From Calcarisporiella thermophila CBS 279.70 (lineage: Eukaryota; Fungi; Calcarisporiellomycota), in the NCBI RefSeq assembly GCF_041956535.1, contig NW_027192204.1, positions 304,530-368,529 on the forward strand: a stretch of DNA of 64,000 bases, read 5' to 3'. Under the pieces are notes generated by a model, which did not search any database, was not told the origin of the DNA, and saw nothing but the letters and a program-made list of their open reading frames with translations. Shown one piece after another: positions 25,375 through 37,595 of this stretch (the first letter of the stretch is position 1; each line of letters begins with the position of its first letter). Made by a program: the position numbers and the translations under genes.

Positions 25375-27893
25375 CTATTTTCCCCTTCCTCTCCCACTTA
25401 TTCTGCGCTCCATTCGCCCCCGCTCTACTTTGTTCCGCTCCTCCCCGGTCTCCTGCTCTTCCCTGCGTCGATTTGCCTCTTCTCTCCATTCTTCCAATTC
25501 ATCGGTGGTGGGAAAATCTACGTTCCAATATCCTGGTGGGGATGCAGGTGGCTTGTGCTTATACCGATGCCTTGAGACTCGCTGTAAGCGCCGCTCCATC
25601 ATGGTGCCGGGAGAGGGCTGCCTTTGGTTTGAGTGACTAAACGTGGGGCTGGCGTCGTTGTTATCGTCGGAATTGAGCACCGACACTCCCGCAGTGACCT
25701 CATAAAAGCGACGACAGCACCCACAATCCGTGCCACGAAGTTGTCGGCGCTTATCTTTCTTGCGTACCGTTTCGTTGTATTTGTACTGGGGCTCGTCATT
25801 CCTCTTATGAGCCTGACGAGGGGTATGTCCAACACCACGATTGGAGCTAAGCGCAAAAGCGTTGGGAGGGGAAGAGGATCAGTGCCTGCCGTAGTATACA
25901 TACGCCGAAGAAAATATATTGGATTCTTACCACTTTTTCTCGCTGTGCCTGATCCGGTTCTCCCCATTATCTAGCACAAAGGCTTCGACCTCGTTTTCGT
26001 CATCCAATCGAACCAGCTCATTACAGCCCTCCTCACGATCATAGAGGATGGTTTCTTCTATACAGTCGACACTTTCTCCTTCGTTCTCTCCCTCATTAGC
26101 ACTGGTTGCCCCATCTTCCTCCTCGTTTGGCCTCAAATATGCGCTATCCACAAAACGTGGAGAACTGGGTGGCAATGCCTGATAGCGTCCCTTAGGCCGT
26201 TCCGATATTGACGCCTGATCATTGCTAAATATGGATCTGCTCTCCTCTTCGTCCTCCATCCGTTTCTCCACGCCCCCTTCATCTACCTCTTCTAACTCTA
26301 AGAGCACCTCTTGCATGCTTTCTCGGCGTGTCATGCCTGCGGTGGTTTGACTTGATACTTCGTTGTATTGGTCGTCGTCATCACGAATAGTTTCATCAGC
26401 ACAAGGAATTTGACTAGGTGGTTGTTTTTCCAGCTCCTCAAGCTGCTGCGAAAAGGTCACAAGCAGTTCTCTCTTCACGTCCTTGTCTTTGGTTAAATCT
26501 GAGGGCGAATGTGCGCGGGGAGTACTAGCGATGACCATAGTCGACCGCTTGAACTCTCTGCGTAAAGAGGGTGAATCTTCCCCGAGAGCAACGGCCGATG
26601 TACCCCGCCTCTTTCCGGATAATGGGCTCAAGGGTTCTGCGTTTTTCGCACGGCTTACTCGCACAGATTCTAAGCCTCGTTCACTTGACTCCAATTTTGC
26701 GGTATCCCGCATATCACACATTCCAGCGACAAATTCTGTTGCTTGCGTGGCATCCATGGTGGCGACTCTCTCACGTCCATCCTCGTGCTCTCCTACCCTA
26801 ATTTCGGTTGAAACAACTATACTATTGTTTATTATCCGCCTTTTTACCGAGTGAGTATTGGAACTTTCAGTAGGTGCGGGACTCGGCCGCTTTGTAGTTA
26901 ATGGTGGAGAATAGAAATTCGGTTTTGGTTCGGGAGTAACCGCGCGCACTGCAGATCGACTATGGATAGCTTGCGCTATGCCGTGTTCGTTCTCACGATC
27001 TCCAGAAGGATGGGTTGCCCGGTGGTTGGAACCTGAAGGAGAAATAGTTATGGGGAGTACGGAGAAATTATCCATTATCGGTGGGTTCATTATCTCCAAG
27101 GCCTCATTCTCACTATCACTATTATGCAATGTTACTATCTCGCTGCTGCGCTTTCCTTCCTTTCTAGGATGGGTTTCGCTCTCTTCTGTTTGTGGACTCA
27201 CGGTAGGGCGCATCTTATTATGATGTTTCCATTCTGCCCATTGCTTGCGCCTCTTGAGATAGTGTTCTCTCAGCTTGTTGAATTTATGCTCGAGGGCCTC
27301 ATAACGAGATTTCCACTGGTCTTCCATTTCCTCAAGTGCAAAATGAAAGAGCATCGAATCACTGGTGTTTAAATATAGTCCACCATAAGAATCCCAAATG
27401 AATTAGACAGCCAGCAAGCAATCGCTTACATATTCCTGCTATCATCGTTACCATTTTGCGTGTAGGGGAAGCTGGATGTGTAGCTTTCACGCGAGTTCTC
27501 AAAAAATGAGTCACTAATTCTAATAGAAATATGGAGCATAAAACACCGATGGTGGAAATTAGGTTCCGATCATTGCATTGTCTATCTATTTACATGCAAC
27601 CTACTCATTTCGCTTGGATCGCCCGGCACTTATCCTCTGAATAATCTGACGTGCTATCTTTCGTCGATCCTCATTTTCCAGCCAGATATTTTTCTCGAGT
27701 GTACCAAGCGCATTCTTGAGATTGTGGTTTTCAACTTTTGGATCATAAAGTAAGCGTTAAAATAATCAGTGGAATCCCGTTCTATTTCTCATTCGACATA
27801 CTGACCCTTGAGAAGACGCGTTTCTTCTTGATAATGATCTATAAAATGTTGGACAGAGAGCTTAAAACTCAACACAGCTGGGTCTTCATCCAT
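25375..27893 (-). CDS. CtIP/Ctp1/Sae2-family DNA end-resection factor
   Basis: N-terminal helical/coiled-coil exons (MDEDPAVLSFK...). Last exon, after intron 25847-25930, encodes YNETVRKKDKRRQLRGTDCGCCRRFY (CxxC), VSRHRY and SPPGYWNVDFPTT. Confidence 0.88.
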
Positions 27894-27969
27894 TGTCTGT
27901 ATATAGACCCTGAACGAAGTTGAAATTATCCTATGTAAGGGTTGGAGATCGGTTGCCAGGACGAAATGA

Positions 27970-27975
27970 ACGCGT
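27970..27975. promoter_or_regulatory. MCB box ACGCGT
   Basis: Perfect MCB 77 bp upstream of the CtIP-like ATG in an AT-rich 169-bp bidirectional promoter. Confidence 0.45.
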
Positions 27976-28062
27976 ATAATTTTTATTTTAGATGATTAAT
28001 TTAATGTGACTTTAATTTTTTTTTCGTTCATTCATATCGATTGTCTATTCTTAAATAAATAG

Positions 28063-28606
28063 ATGGATTTGAATCCGCTAACCGCCTGGACGACCCTCTC
28101 CCACGCCACCCCTACCACTCCCGCTGCATCATCGACTCCACCTACATCCTACACATTTCGCCGCGCCGATTTCTCATTCCTTCCACAATTATATGCAATT
28201 CTCGAGAAATTTGGAAAGCAGGATGAATTACCGGAAGTTATGCGAGAGGTAGACATATATGATTTTCGGCAGATGCCTTAGTACACGATTTTTGATAACC
28301 ACATTTTACGTTTACAGTTCAGCAAGTTGAACGACATGTTAATCCGTGCTCGTCGTATTATTCAGGAGCTTCCTGGCGCAGATCTCTCAAAAGAAGAACT
28401 GGAACGAGTATTGGGAAGAGAAAAAGAGGTCCTCGCCGCAAAAAGGTAAGCTTGACTAGAAGTCGACTAAATACTCTAAGCTACAAAGTCGGTTGCCTTC
28501 TTTCTATAGAGAACAATTGCAGGAATACGTGAAGCTTCCCGTTTTTGAACTCTTGAAGGAGATCGAGACGCCAGCCTCCAATCCTATGGACCAAGGTTCG
28601 AATTGA
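28063..28606 (+). CDS. MED9: Mediator subunit 9-like protein, 3 exons
   Basis: DFSFLPQLYAIL...KLNDMLIRARRIIQELPGADLSKEELERVL..EKEVLAAKREQLQEY. Confidence 0.72.
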
Positions 28607-28779
28607 ACTCACCCTTCGTGTTATAGATGCGCTCTATGTTTTTCATTTTATCTGTAATCGGATTCATTTTGTAACGCACATATCCTCTGAAGAAGATTTT
28701 ACTAGTATATTGTTAACATTTGCAATAATAAAAAAAAGACAAATAATGCGGTAATAAACAAGAAAAAAGTACGCCCCGT

Positions 28780-29343
28780 TCAAGTACGCGTGACCATTTG
28801 GATGTTATGCTTCTTCTGGAACGCTACAAACTCTTCCTCCTTTTTCTTGTATGTCTGAAGGAGCTGATTCATTACGTTTTTGATCTACAGCCAAAAGAGT
28901 TAGCCATTTTTAGAGATCCATGTCACATGCGTTATACATTACCCCTTCATGATTGGTCTTCAAGGCAGGCAATACCTCTCCCACAGTGCGCTCCACGAGC
29001 ACACCCCCGATAAGGCGGAAGCATTTGCGGTCCGTTTGTAAAGGAGAGATTGTATCGATGACCAGCCTATTAACCACATTGCAGTTTAGATTTGTGCACA
29101 ACTAACGAGAGCTTGCTTCAAAGGCTTACTTATGCTCATCAGACTCGGCCTCGAGTTCTCCGATCTTCTGTGCAAGATTCTGGAGCTCTTGCTTCATCAG
29201 ATTGAACTACGAATTTTAACACAAAAAGGCAACATAATGAAGTTGAAAAAAATAATGATGGTAGACTTTTAAACAGATCGTAACTGTACCTGGACTGTTA
29301 CTTCTTGATCGGGGGCCTTGCCTCCTGTAGATGGTGAGGCCAT
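28780..29343 (-). CDS. GIM4: Prefoldin subunit 2, 4 exons
   Basis: KQELQNLAQKIGELEAESDEH, DRKCFRLIGGVLVERTVGEVLPAL. Confidence 0.93.
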
Positions 29344-29843
29344 GGTGTGGCGATTTGTCGAGTATTATTATTTATTTGGATGTCATAACACGATAGGCGC
29401 GTATTTTTGATTTCGATAGAGGGTGCTGCGCCGCCAGGTAAAGCGGTCGAATAGTTAAGAAATAGAATGAATTTAGAATTGTGCACGTCTCAATCGTGCG
29501 TAGAGGATAGAAAAATAAGAGAGCAACAGCGGTAGAGAAAGGGCGAATAAATGAAAACAAAAGGTGAGGGAGAAAAAGAGAAAAGGTGAGAGAGGGAAGT
29601 GGAAAGAACTGAATAAACACTATAGATGATTAGAGAGAATTGATAGGGTAATAAAAAAATATAAAAATTATACACTTGATATTTTACCTCTCTCTCACAC
29701 AAAATTGATCTATCTATTCCTCCTCAACAATGGAAAGCTTGGAAAAGAAAAATTACACCCGAGGAGAAATCCATGTGGAATACAAAGAAAAAAAAACCAA
29801 TAGAACAAAAGGTATATGGCTAGACCAGGGCGGGCCATTTTTT

Positions 29844-31127
29844 TTAGCTAGTGCTTCCTCTACGGGGAAGGGGGGCTAAACTCCCCGTGCTTGTTCTCGT
29901 TGGAATGATGGTTCCCATCGAAACGGGGCGCTTTTCAGCCGACCTTGAGGAGCTTGTTGCTTGAGCCGGAACAGTTGGAGCAATGCACACCAGCGGGAAG
30001 ACTCCTCTCTTTCCGGTCTCGACCACCTCGCCCAGGGCCCACCCATCGTCGTATACTCGTTGGATTGTGACGGCATCGTCACGGTTAAGGGAGAGCTCGT
30101 CCTCCCGACGGGCAAAGAACGGATGCACAACCATATGCTGGCGGGAGGCGGGATCCAGGGGAGGCGAGGTGGGGGAGGTGGGTTTGACGGTGGCGTTGGA
30201 GTGGAAGAAGCCACGGCGGCGGAAGTGGCGGAAAAGCATGATGGCAAGAGAGACGGCGAGGAGGACTCCCAGGATCGACGCACACACCAGAACCACATTT
30301 TTGATGCGCGAGGATTGGGCTCCATCCTCGGTTTTATCTGAGGTCGGGGCAAGGGCCGTGGTGTTGCAAGGCGAGATGACGTCGCAGGTGGAGCCCAGAC
30401 ACTTGGTTCCATTCGAGCCGCAGATAAGTTGCTCATTTTTGGCTCCAGGGGCGCAAAATATCTCTGTCCCGTTGAAAGGATAATACGAGCAACGCTCATA
30501 CATCCCCCGTAGCTTCTCATCGCGACTTGGATCCTTCGGCTGGGGACACCATTTTAGATCTCCCAGCAGCTTCTCCAAACTTGCCGCATAAGCCATGCAG
30601 CTCTCCTTGCACAAGGGCGGCAAATACCGCCCATTATTGCACGCACGACTGTGCTCCGAGACTATAATGTCCGCACAAAGCATACTTATTCGGTAATTAA
30701 GGAGCCCTCCCATATAGGAGCCGAGATTGCCACCGGTGCAGTTCCAGTAGTCGCGCAGCCACTGCAAGTTTTCATGGGGATTGTTCACGTAGGAAAACAG
30801 GCTGGCGTCGAATGACTCAACGGTGGAATTGAATTGGAAGCGAGAGGTATTCTCCAGAGACACGAAGAAGTCCTGCCAGAGTGGGCATGCAACGGACCCT
30901 GAACAATGGTGAAATTCGACAGCGTTAGCAGCCAGTCTAGAGAGGCCAATGTAGCAAAAGCAGTGCACTGCTGGCAGTGCCCTGAAGGAATTGTCCTTAC
31001 CATTAAGTGACAGGCATTTCTCCGGTGGAATGGCTTGTGCCGTGAACATGGGCAGAATCGCGCTCGCTATAACGAAAAGGTACCATAGGGTATGACAGGT
31101 CCGCCATGGCGGAAGAACAAGCGACAT
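29844..31127 (-). CDS. Type I membrane protein: signal peptide, Cys-rich ectodomain, TM helix, cytosolic SH3
   Basis: Hydrophobic N-terminus, YRISMLC..C..PPLCKESC, TM VVLVCASILGVLLAVSLAIMLF-RHFRRR, SH3 VVHPFFARREDELSL..DDGWALG..GVFPLVC. Probable in-frame intron 30899-31000. Confidence 0.85.
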   Translation of the reverse strand: MSLVLPPWRTCHTLWYLFVIASAILPMFTAQAIPPEKCLSLNGKDNSFRALPAVHCFCYIGLSRLAANAVEFHHCSGSVACPLWQDFFVSLENTSRFQFNSTVESFDASLFSYVNNPHENLQWLRDYWNCTGGNLGSYMGGLLNYRISMLCADIIVSEHSRACNNGRYLPPLCKESCMAYAASLEKLLGDLKWCPQPKDPSRDEKLRGMYERCSYYPFNGTEIFCAPGAKNEQLICGSNGTKCLGSTCDVISPCNTTALAPTSDKTEDGAQSSRIKNVVLVCASILGVLLAVSLAIMLFRHFRRRGFFHSNATVKPTSPTSPPLDPASRQHMVVHPFFARREDELSLNRDDAVTIQRVYDDGWALGEVVETGKRGVFPLVCIAPTVPAQATSSSRSAEKRPVSMGTIIPTRTSTGSLAPLPRRGSTS

Positions 31128-31709
31128 TCTTTATGGTTCAAACACTGGTGCTAGTGGTTGAATGCGGGGAGAAAAGGTTGGGTGTGGGAACGGGGAAATA
31201 AGGGGGAGAAAGAGAATATTGTGAAAAGAGTTCACCCCCTTTACGCATGCAGCAATAAGAAAAAAAAGGAACAGACACGTCGCTAGCCCGCTTTTTGATC
31301 GATCGGCTTCCCCGCGTGTATGGTAAGAATTGGTTTTATTTCGAATTATTAACTGTTAAAATCAATGACATCGGTTTATTTTATTTTCGTTCATCCGGTC
31401 CCCTTTGACATCCTCCCAAAGTGCGGAGAGCAGTCCAGGCCCCTGTAGATCTTGTTTAATAGCAAATGCTTATGGCCGCAAGATCCCATTAAGCACCCCA
31501 GAAATAATAAAATAACACTCGAATGCGCATTACCGCCTCTGTCGGGTAATTTCTGCATCAAGATTTGCCTTTTCAATCATGTCAGGATCTTCATCATCCC
31601 CTCATGGGCCAGTTGATATTGTCAAAGGCCGCAATATATACTGTTGCAAGCTTTTATTGACCGTGAGTATATATAGAAATTAAAGTATTTACATTTGCTA
31701 ATAACAACA

Positions 31710-32474
31710 TCAATAAAATGATACACTGTATAGGACGTTTTGTCCATGCCTTTCCTGAAAGGAGATGATAATTTGCTCGAGCTCCTCATCTAAATCGGTA
31801 GCCAGCTCAATCTAGTATGCAGAGAAAGGGGTGAGAAGAGGGTGATGGGAAGGATGAGAAGGTAAATACCATATTGGCAAGTTGCAAAATCATCCGCCCG
31901 CCCACTGCAGCATCCTCATGATTATCCTTGATATCAATGTTAATTACATGGACAGGGGTATTGAGTTTCTGTCCGCGGTTCAGTAAATCTATTCGAGAAG
32001 ATAGTTAATAATGCCCCCACCAGTCTCTTTCATCCAAGATAAGCGGTATATACTTTCGCAAACTGCATCGTAACATCGCTCTTCACACGTAATAATCACA
32101 TCAAATAATTCATCTGCTTCCTGAAATCTCTCGGGGGCAGCTTTGATCTTACGGTTACGATCGAGCATCTGCAGCAGTCCATTTTGGGTGTAGAGATGAG
32201 GATCCTTCTGTTTTAGTTCCTGGTAGACTTGGTCATAAGGTGTACCAAATGGGTAGACATTGGGTTTGTCGATACTGGGGCCAGGAAGCCGAACCTGAGT
32301 GCCGGTTCCAAATGAACGGACGTTGAAACCTCTTTTACTACAAACACAAGTTGAATTGATACATGTGACAGAAGAAAACCAACCAAAGAGCCATTCGATG
32401 AGCTACCTAAGCACATTATGTGCCTCCATACTCCGATTTTGATTACTAGCACATATGACAGCGTACCGTACCAT
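31710..32474 (-). CDS. SSU72: RNA Pol II CTD phosphatase Ssu72, 4 exons (absent from the ORF track)
   Basis: Spliced [19 protein letters not shown] (CX5R), [52 protein letters not shown]. Confidence 0.95.
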
Positions 32475-32653
32475 TTGATAAGGAGAGCCAAATGAATTAA
32501 GATCTATCTAAAACCTATTAAAACTAGACGCGAAAACAAATCAAATATGATTTCGCAATCCGTCCTCTCATATCTTTAAATTGGGAGCTTTCTATTTTCC
32601 GCGCTCTTTTTTTAAAAAAATATAACAATTAGCCCCCTATTATAGTGGAAACC

Positions 32654-33800
32654 ATGAGCAAAGTTAAAATTCTTCATTCATTCTCCGAGTTCAATGATGC
32701 TATCAATCAAGCTTCTCCAGAGCAGCTTGTTGTCATTGCTTTCTCGGCAACATGGTGTGGTCCCTGTAAGGTTATGAAGCCCGTTTTCGACTCGTTTTCG
32801 ATCAAATACCCTAGCGTTAGTTTTGCAAAGGTAACCTCTTGCCGTAGAGTTTCCGGCCACGATCTGTGCGTTGAATGCGTTTTCGCTATCGTTCATTAAC
32901 TAGGTTGATGTCGATGAAGTACAACAAGCTGCTCAGGCAGCTGGTGTGACATCGATGCCCACGTACCAATTCTACAAGGGAGGTAGGAAGATCGACGAAA
33001 TGAAAGGGGCAAACGGTCCTCAGCTAGAGGCCCTTTTGAAACAACATTCGGGATCCGCTGTTGCAGAGGGATCAAACTATGGCATTACCGGATATGTAAG
33101 CCATTTTTGAGCGCTGCGTTGGCAGCTTATTTAAGCCAAACTGACCGTATTGGCTTCCATATGCTAGAGTGATCTTACTCAGTATGTAACCCTTAATCAA
33201 CTCGATTGTCTTAACCAGCAGCAGGATCACTCGGTCCGTAATATCTTTGTACGCGGCCCTAATTATCTCGAAAGCGATGTCGACGAACAACTCATTGTTG
33301 TGGTGCCTTTCAATCAAGCCGTTCGACTACACTCGATCAAGTTTGTTGGGTCAGGCCCACAGGCCCCCAAAACTGTAAAACTGTATGTCAACCGGTACAC
33401 GCTTGGTTTCGACGAGGCGGAAAGTGTCGAGCCAACACAGGTGCTTGAGTTAACCGAGCGAGACTTCCAGGAGGATGAAGTGACTCCATTACGGTTCGTA
33501 AAATTCCAAAATGTGAACAGTATTGTGGTGAGTATCCCCTGGGGTTCTGGATCGAACCAAGTCTAGAATATACTAATTTCGTGCGGATCGTAGCTATTCA
33601 TCGAGGATAACCAGGGTGACGAGGAGACAACTAAACTCGAACAGCTTGTATTTATTGGGTATGTAGAAAGGAACTCCTGACTATTATCTATTGTTTGCTT
33701 TCCTCTCAGGCACTTATTGAAATATTTTATGCATAACAGAACTCCGGCGGAGAAAGTAGATATAGGCAATCTAAAGAAACTAGACGAGCAAGATGGTTAG
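32654..33800 (+). CDS. TXNL1: Thioredoxin-like protein 1 (Trx + PITH domain), 5 exons
   Basis: ATWCGPCK, GVTSMPTY, PITH motifs LESDVDEQL, PLRFVKFQNVNS, DNQGDEETT. Confidence 0.93.
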
Positions 33801-34736
33801 AAAAATTGGCGTCGATTGTTCCATTGCTTCTATTTTTTATCACAATAAAGCTAATGCCAAAATTCTCACGTCAATAAAGCTACTATGGCAACTAAACATT
33901 AATATCTACGGCAGTCGAATTACCCGTGATGGCGAGGTAATATACTAGATAACCGTGCAATCCAGCACATATTGGTAAATTAGGATTGTTTTGAACAGTA
34001 GGCTCAGATTGAATCTAGTATCAAACACCTGATGAACTTGCCACGTATGCGGACTCGAGCACTAATATCTTCACGGGTGGATGTCAGCGAGATGCTGGAA
34101 AAGACTCGGTGAAGTAGGATGCTCTACTTTGCCATGAATAATCTGAGGCATTGTAGGGCTTCACTGCTTATTCAAAGGTCCTCTTAAATATAGCAGGGTG
34201 ACACCTCCATCTTTGTAGAAGCAACATCTCGATGGGATTGGGGCCTCGTCCACGGGGCTGAAATCTCCAGTCGCCTGCTTAGGCAGGATTCTTCGGTAGA
34301 ACCAAACAAAAAATAAGCGGTTTATGCGAAGGGATCAGGCCACCGAAGCTAATCGATGGAATTTAACCGGTCGATTGGGCCATAGTTTAATAGATCGAAA
34401 CTCGCCCGGCCACGGCCATTTACAAAGAGGAAGATAGCATGGTCATATGGCAAGGGTGTACCACGCCGTGTTAGAGTTGGGAAGGAAGAGCGCCCCGGTG
34501 TCCTATGTCGTGCTTCCTGAGTCTTTTTCGGTGACCATACGACCATTTCGAATTTGTCCAGTTTTTCCCACCAAGCCTGCCTTTTACGGTCAATAGTTAA
34601 TAATTCACAATTAGCGTTTGCCCTAGACATTCGCCAATTATTAATCACACGAGCTTGGCGGGATATATATAGGGTCCAAATCCACAAGAAACCCTAAAAT
34701 TACAACAGCAGCTATTACCATTGTCTCTCATTTAAT

Positions 34737-35108
34737 ATGGCGTTACCAGAGAATTTTATGGATCCCATCTTCCATTACGATGTCCATGTCTACTTCACAG
34801 ACCAGACTCAACCCCAAGCAGCAAAACTACGCGAGCGCCTGATAAAGACATTCCCTCGTTTGCGCGTTTTTGATCTCGTCCCCCGTCCAGTGGGACCCCA
34901 CTCCCTGCCCATGTTCGAGGCACACCTCCTGTCGCCCAAAGAGTTCGTCGAGGTAGTGACATGGTTAAGCTTCAATAGGGGAGAGCTCTCCATTCTAGTG
35001 CACCCTAAAACTCATAATGAAACCAACCATGACTCACGATTAAATCACTCTGACCGCACAATATGGCTGGGAGAGCCGCAACAGATGAGGTTGGAAATAT
35101 TCATGTAG
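34737..35108 (+). CDS. DOPA 4,5-dioxygenase family protein, single exon
   Basis: YDVHVYF, RPVGPHSLPMFE, WLSFNRGELSILVHP, H...WLG. Confidence 0.9.
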   Translation: MALPENFMDPIFHYDVHVYFTDQTQPQAAKLRERLIKTFPRLRVFDLVPRPVGPHSLPMFEAHLLSPKEFVEVVTWLSFNRGELSILVHPKTHNETNHDSRLNHSDRTIWLGEPQQMRLEIFM

Positions 35109-35412
35109 TCAGCAACCTGTGCACTTTGTAAGAATATTAAATATTTTCGGTGGAAGACATTTTTCCCCATATAATCTTGTAGCAATAGGGGAGAAGTCCC
35201 ATTTGTTTCCACGCTGTATTTGATAAAGGGAGAATATTTATAAAAGATAAAAGTGACAAAAAAAACGATAAAAAGAATACAATATACACAAGAAAGGGGC
35301 ATAGATAAACAAGCCCGGTTACACCCAATTCCATCACACACTCCGTATACTCAAAAATAATAATAAAATATTAAAACTCTAAAATATAGTATATAGATGG
35401 CCCAAAAGTATA

Positions 35413-37266
35413 CTAGACTCCGAAATTCAAGTTCACATCCTTTTGCGGGATCTGCCCAAAGAGCCATTCTCGTTCGTCGACAGACTTGGCAGCTCGCTTG
35501 GCGGCCAAGATGTGAGGGGCAATAAATTTGCCGTCACTTGCACAGTCTTCCTCCTCATCCTCCTCGTCGTCCTCAACTTCATAACGCCGCGACTTCTCTT
35601 CTCCTCCACTCTCTGTTTTCTCACCGGGGGTGGGCCGTTTCTTAGGGCTCCTTCGCCGCGAGCCTCGTGAGATCCCCACATGGCTATGGCTTAAAATCTC
35701 CATAACCTCCTTTTCCTTCTTGACGTCTTCCTCGTCAACGGCTTTTGCCTTCGGTTGAGGCCAGAGGATGGTTATGGGCATTGAGGTAGCATAGACCGAG
35801 ATTTTTATGTCTGCTGCGAATGGAAATACACATGGGGTCAATACAGTCCATAATATGGGAAAAGTCCCTGGAATTCTTGCTATGGGTACCTTCTTCCTCC
35901 CCGGGCTCCTCTTCGGCATCATCCTCGTCCTCAGCTTGGTCTTCCTCCAGACCGTACCTCTTTCTTTTTTCTACGCCTTCCCCCTCTCTTGTCCGTAACT
36001 CTTCGTCCAGCACAAACAGTTCCTCCGCCTCCTCTCCACCCTCTGGTTGCTTTGCTCCCTCTCTAACCTCCTCAACCGGCTTTTGATCCCTCTCGGTAAA
36101 TTCGGCACCATCAGCGGCCGCTGCTTCCTCTTCCGGCCTCTCCTCAATTATTGTCGACAATCCCCCAATGCTTGTCTCTTCTTCTCTTGCCCCTTTTGCT
36201 TCCACAGTATCATTGGGTAGAGAGGATGGGTGCTCTTGAGGGGTAAAAGCTTGCAGCAGCTCGGTTTCTCCAGTCATGCTTGGTTGACTTCTCACAGCCT
36301 GCACATCTGCATCCAAATTCAAGCTCATCCGACGTGGAACGCTACCGAAAGGGGGACCGTTCTCTAGAGTCTCTCCTGGCGATCCTAAAGATATGCCATT
36401 GCGGGGGCTTGCGTTTTCCAGTGAAGACGTCACACGGGCCGTATGGTTCATTTCGCTTGTGCCAGGCTCAGATGTATTTGAAGTAAAGGCATCATAGGCG
36501 GGAGGAACGGCGCTAGCTAGCTGACACACCTTTTCCCACAACGCATCTCGCTCCTGCCTGGCACGCCGGTGCCATTCCTGTAGCCTTTTTCGCTGTTCTT
36601 TAGTGTACCGAGCAATGAGTTCTTCGGTTCGCCGCGTTTCAAGCTCAAAAGCATTGGTAAGGGATTTCTCAAGATATTCGTAAGTAGCTGATAGGTCAAG
36701 CGATGAAGCTGATTGTATATTAGGGAGATCGGGAGGAGAGGGGATTGTTGCGGTAGTAGTATCATAAAGTATGAGTTGGTATGTAATTGAGTACTTGCTA
36801 TCATTTTTCGCATTCTCAATGGAATCTTTCGACTAATTAGTAAAAAAAAATAGCTCGTCATGCTAACGGAAGTTACAATTACTGGATGTTCATTAAAACA
36901 ATTACCAATAATCCACTCTCAATGGACACTAGTCCATCCACAGGTGAAACTTGCGATGTATTGTTCAACTTCTGATCGATTCTTGAGTCCCGACAGAAAG
37001 TGCACACTTTCGTATTACAATTAAGACATCGGAGCATTACCCAATGTTCTGATGACGATGTTAGCATCGGCCGGACTTCTGCAAGTGAGGGTACAGACTA
37101 CCAAAGGGAGGTTAAGTTAATCACTGTGTTATCCACTGACTGTAGAACCGTTCGCAACAAGAATTACCACTCGAATTCCTCCCATTCCGAGGTAGATTTT
37201 GTTTTCTTCACTTGCATGGATGTCTCGTGGATGTAGACGGATGTTGAGACATGGACATGCATACAT
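35413..37266 (-). CDS. Putative PRAS40/AKT1S1-like protein with N-terminal Cys-rich domain, 4 exons
   Basis: MYACPCLNI, CLNC, coiled coil, LFVLDEE, YATSMPITILW, FIAPH, LFGQIP. Exons join through canonical GT-AG introns. Gene model is solid, family call is tentative. Confidence 0.65.
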
Positions 37267-37595
37267 AATCAGAAAAAAGAAGAATACAAAGAGAACGATT
37301 AGATGATGGGGGGAGGAGGGGGAAGGAGGCCAAGGAGTCCAATGGGATGGTGAGAACGATTGACTGTGAAAGAGAAATACGTCAAAAATGGTAACCGGAT
37401 TTTTGTTGTATAATTTCCACGTATTTTTTTCAGGCAAAAGATTAGCCAATGTAACTTAAGATGAATATAGGCCTCACTTAAGTTTTACACGTAGACAAGG
37501 AGTGAAATAAATCTACTAGCAAGCAATCTGCCGCCTCTCAGCGGGATTCCGTTGTATAATATAACAAAAATTTTCCCTTTTTTTATTCTATATAC

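Noticed and set aside
25847-25930. Apparent in-frame TGA (25881-25879) in the CtIP-like gene, suggesting Sec or readthrough
   Set aside because: It lies in the intron's branch-point region (CACTGAT). The downstream GCTTAG acceptor restores the frame.
33900-34690. Moderately GC-rich intergenic stretch and 112-aa ORF
   Set aside because: No coherent exon chain, domain or RNA structure found by eye
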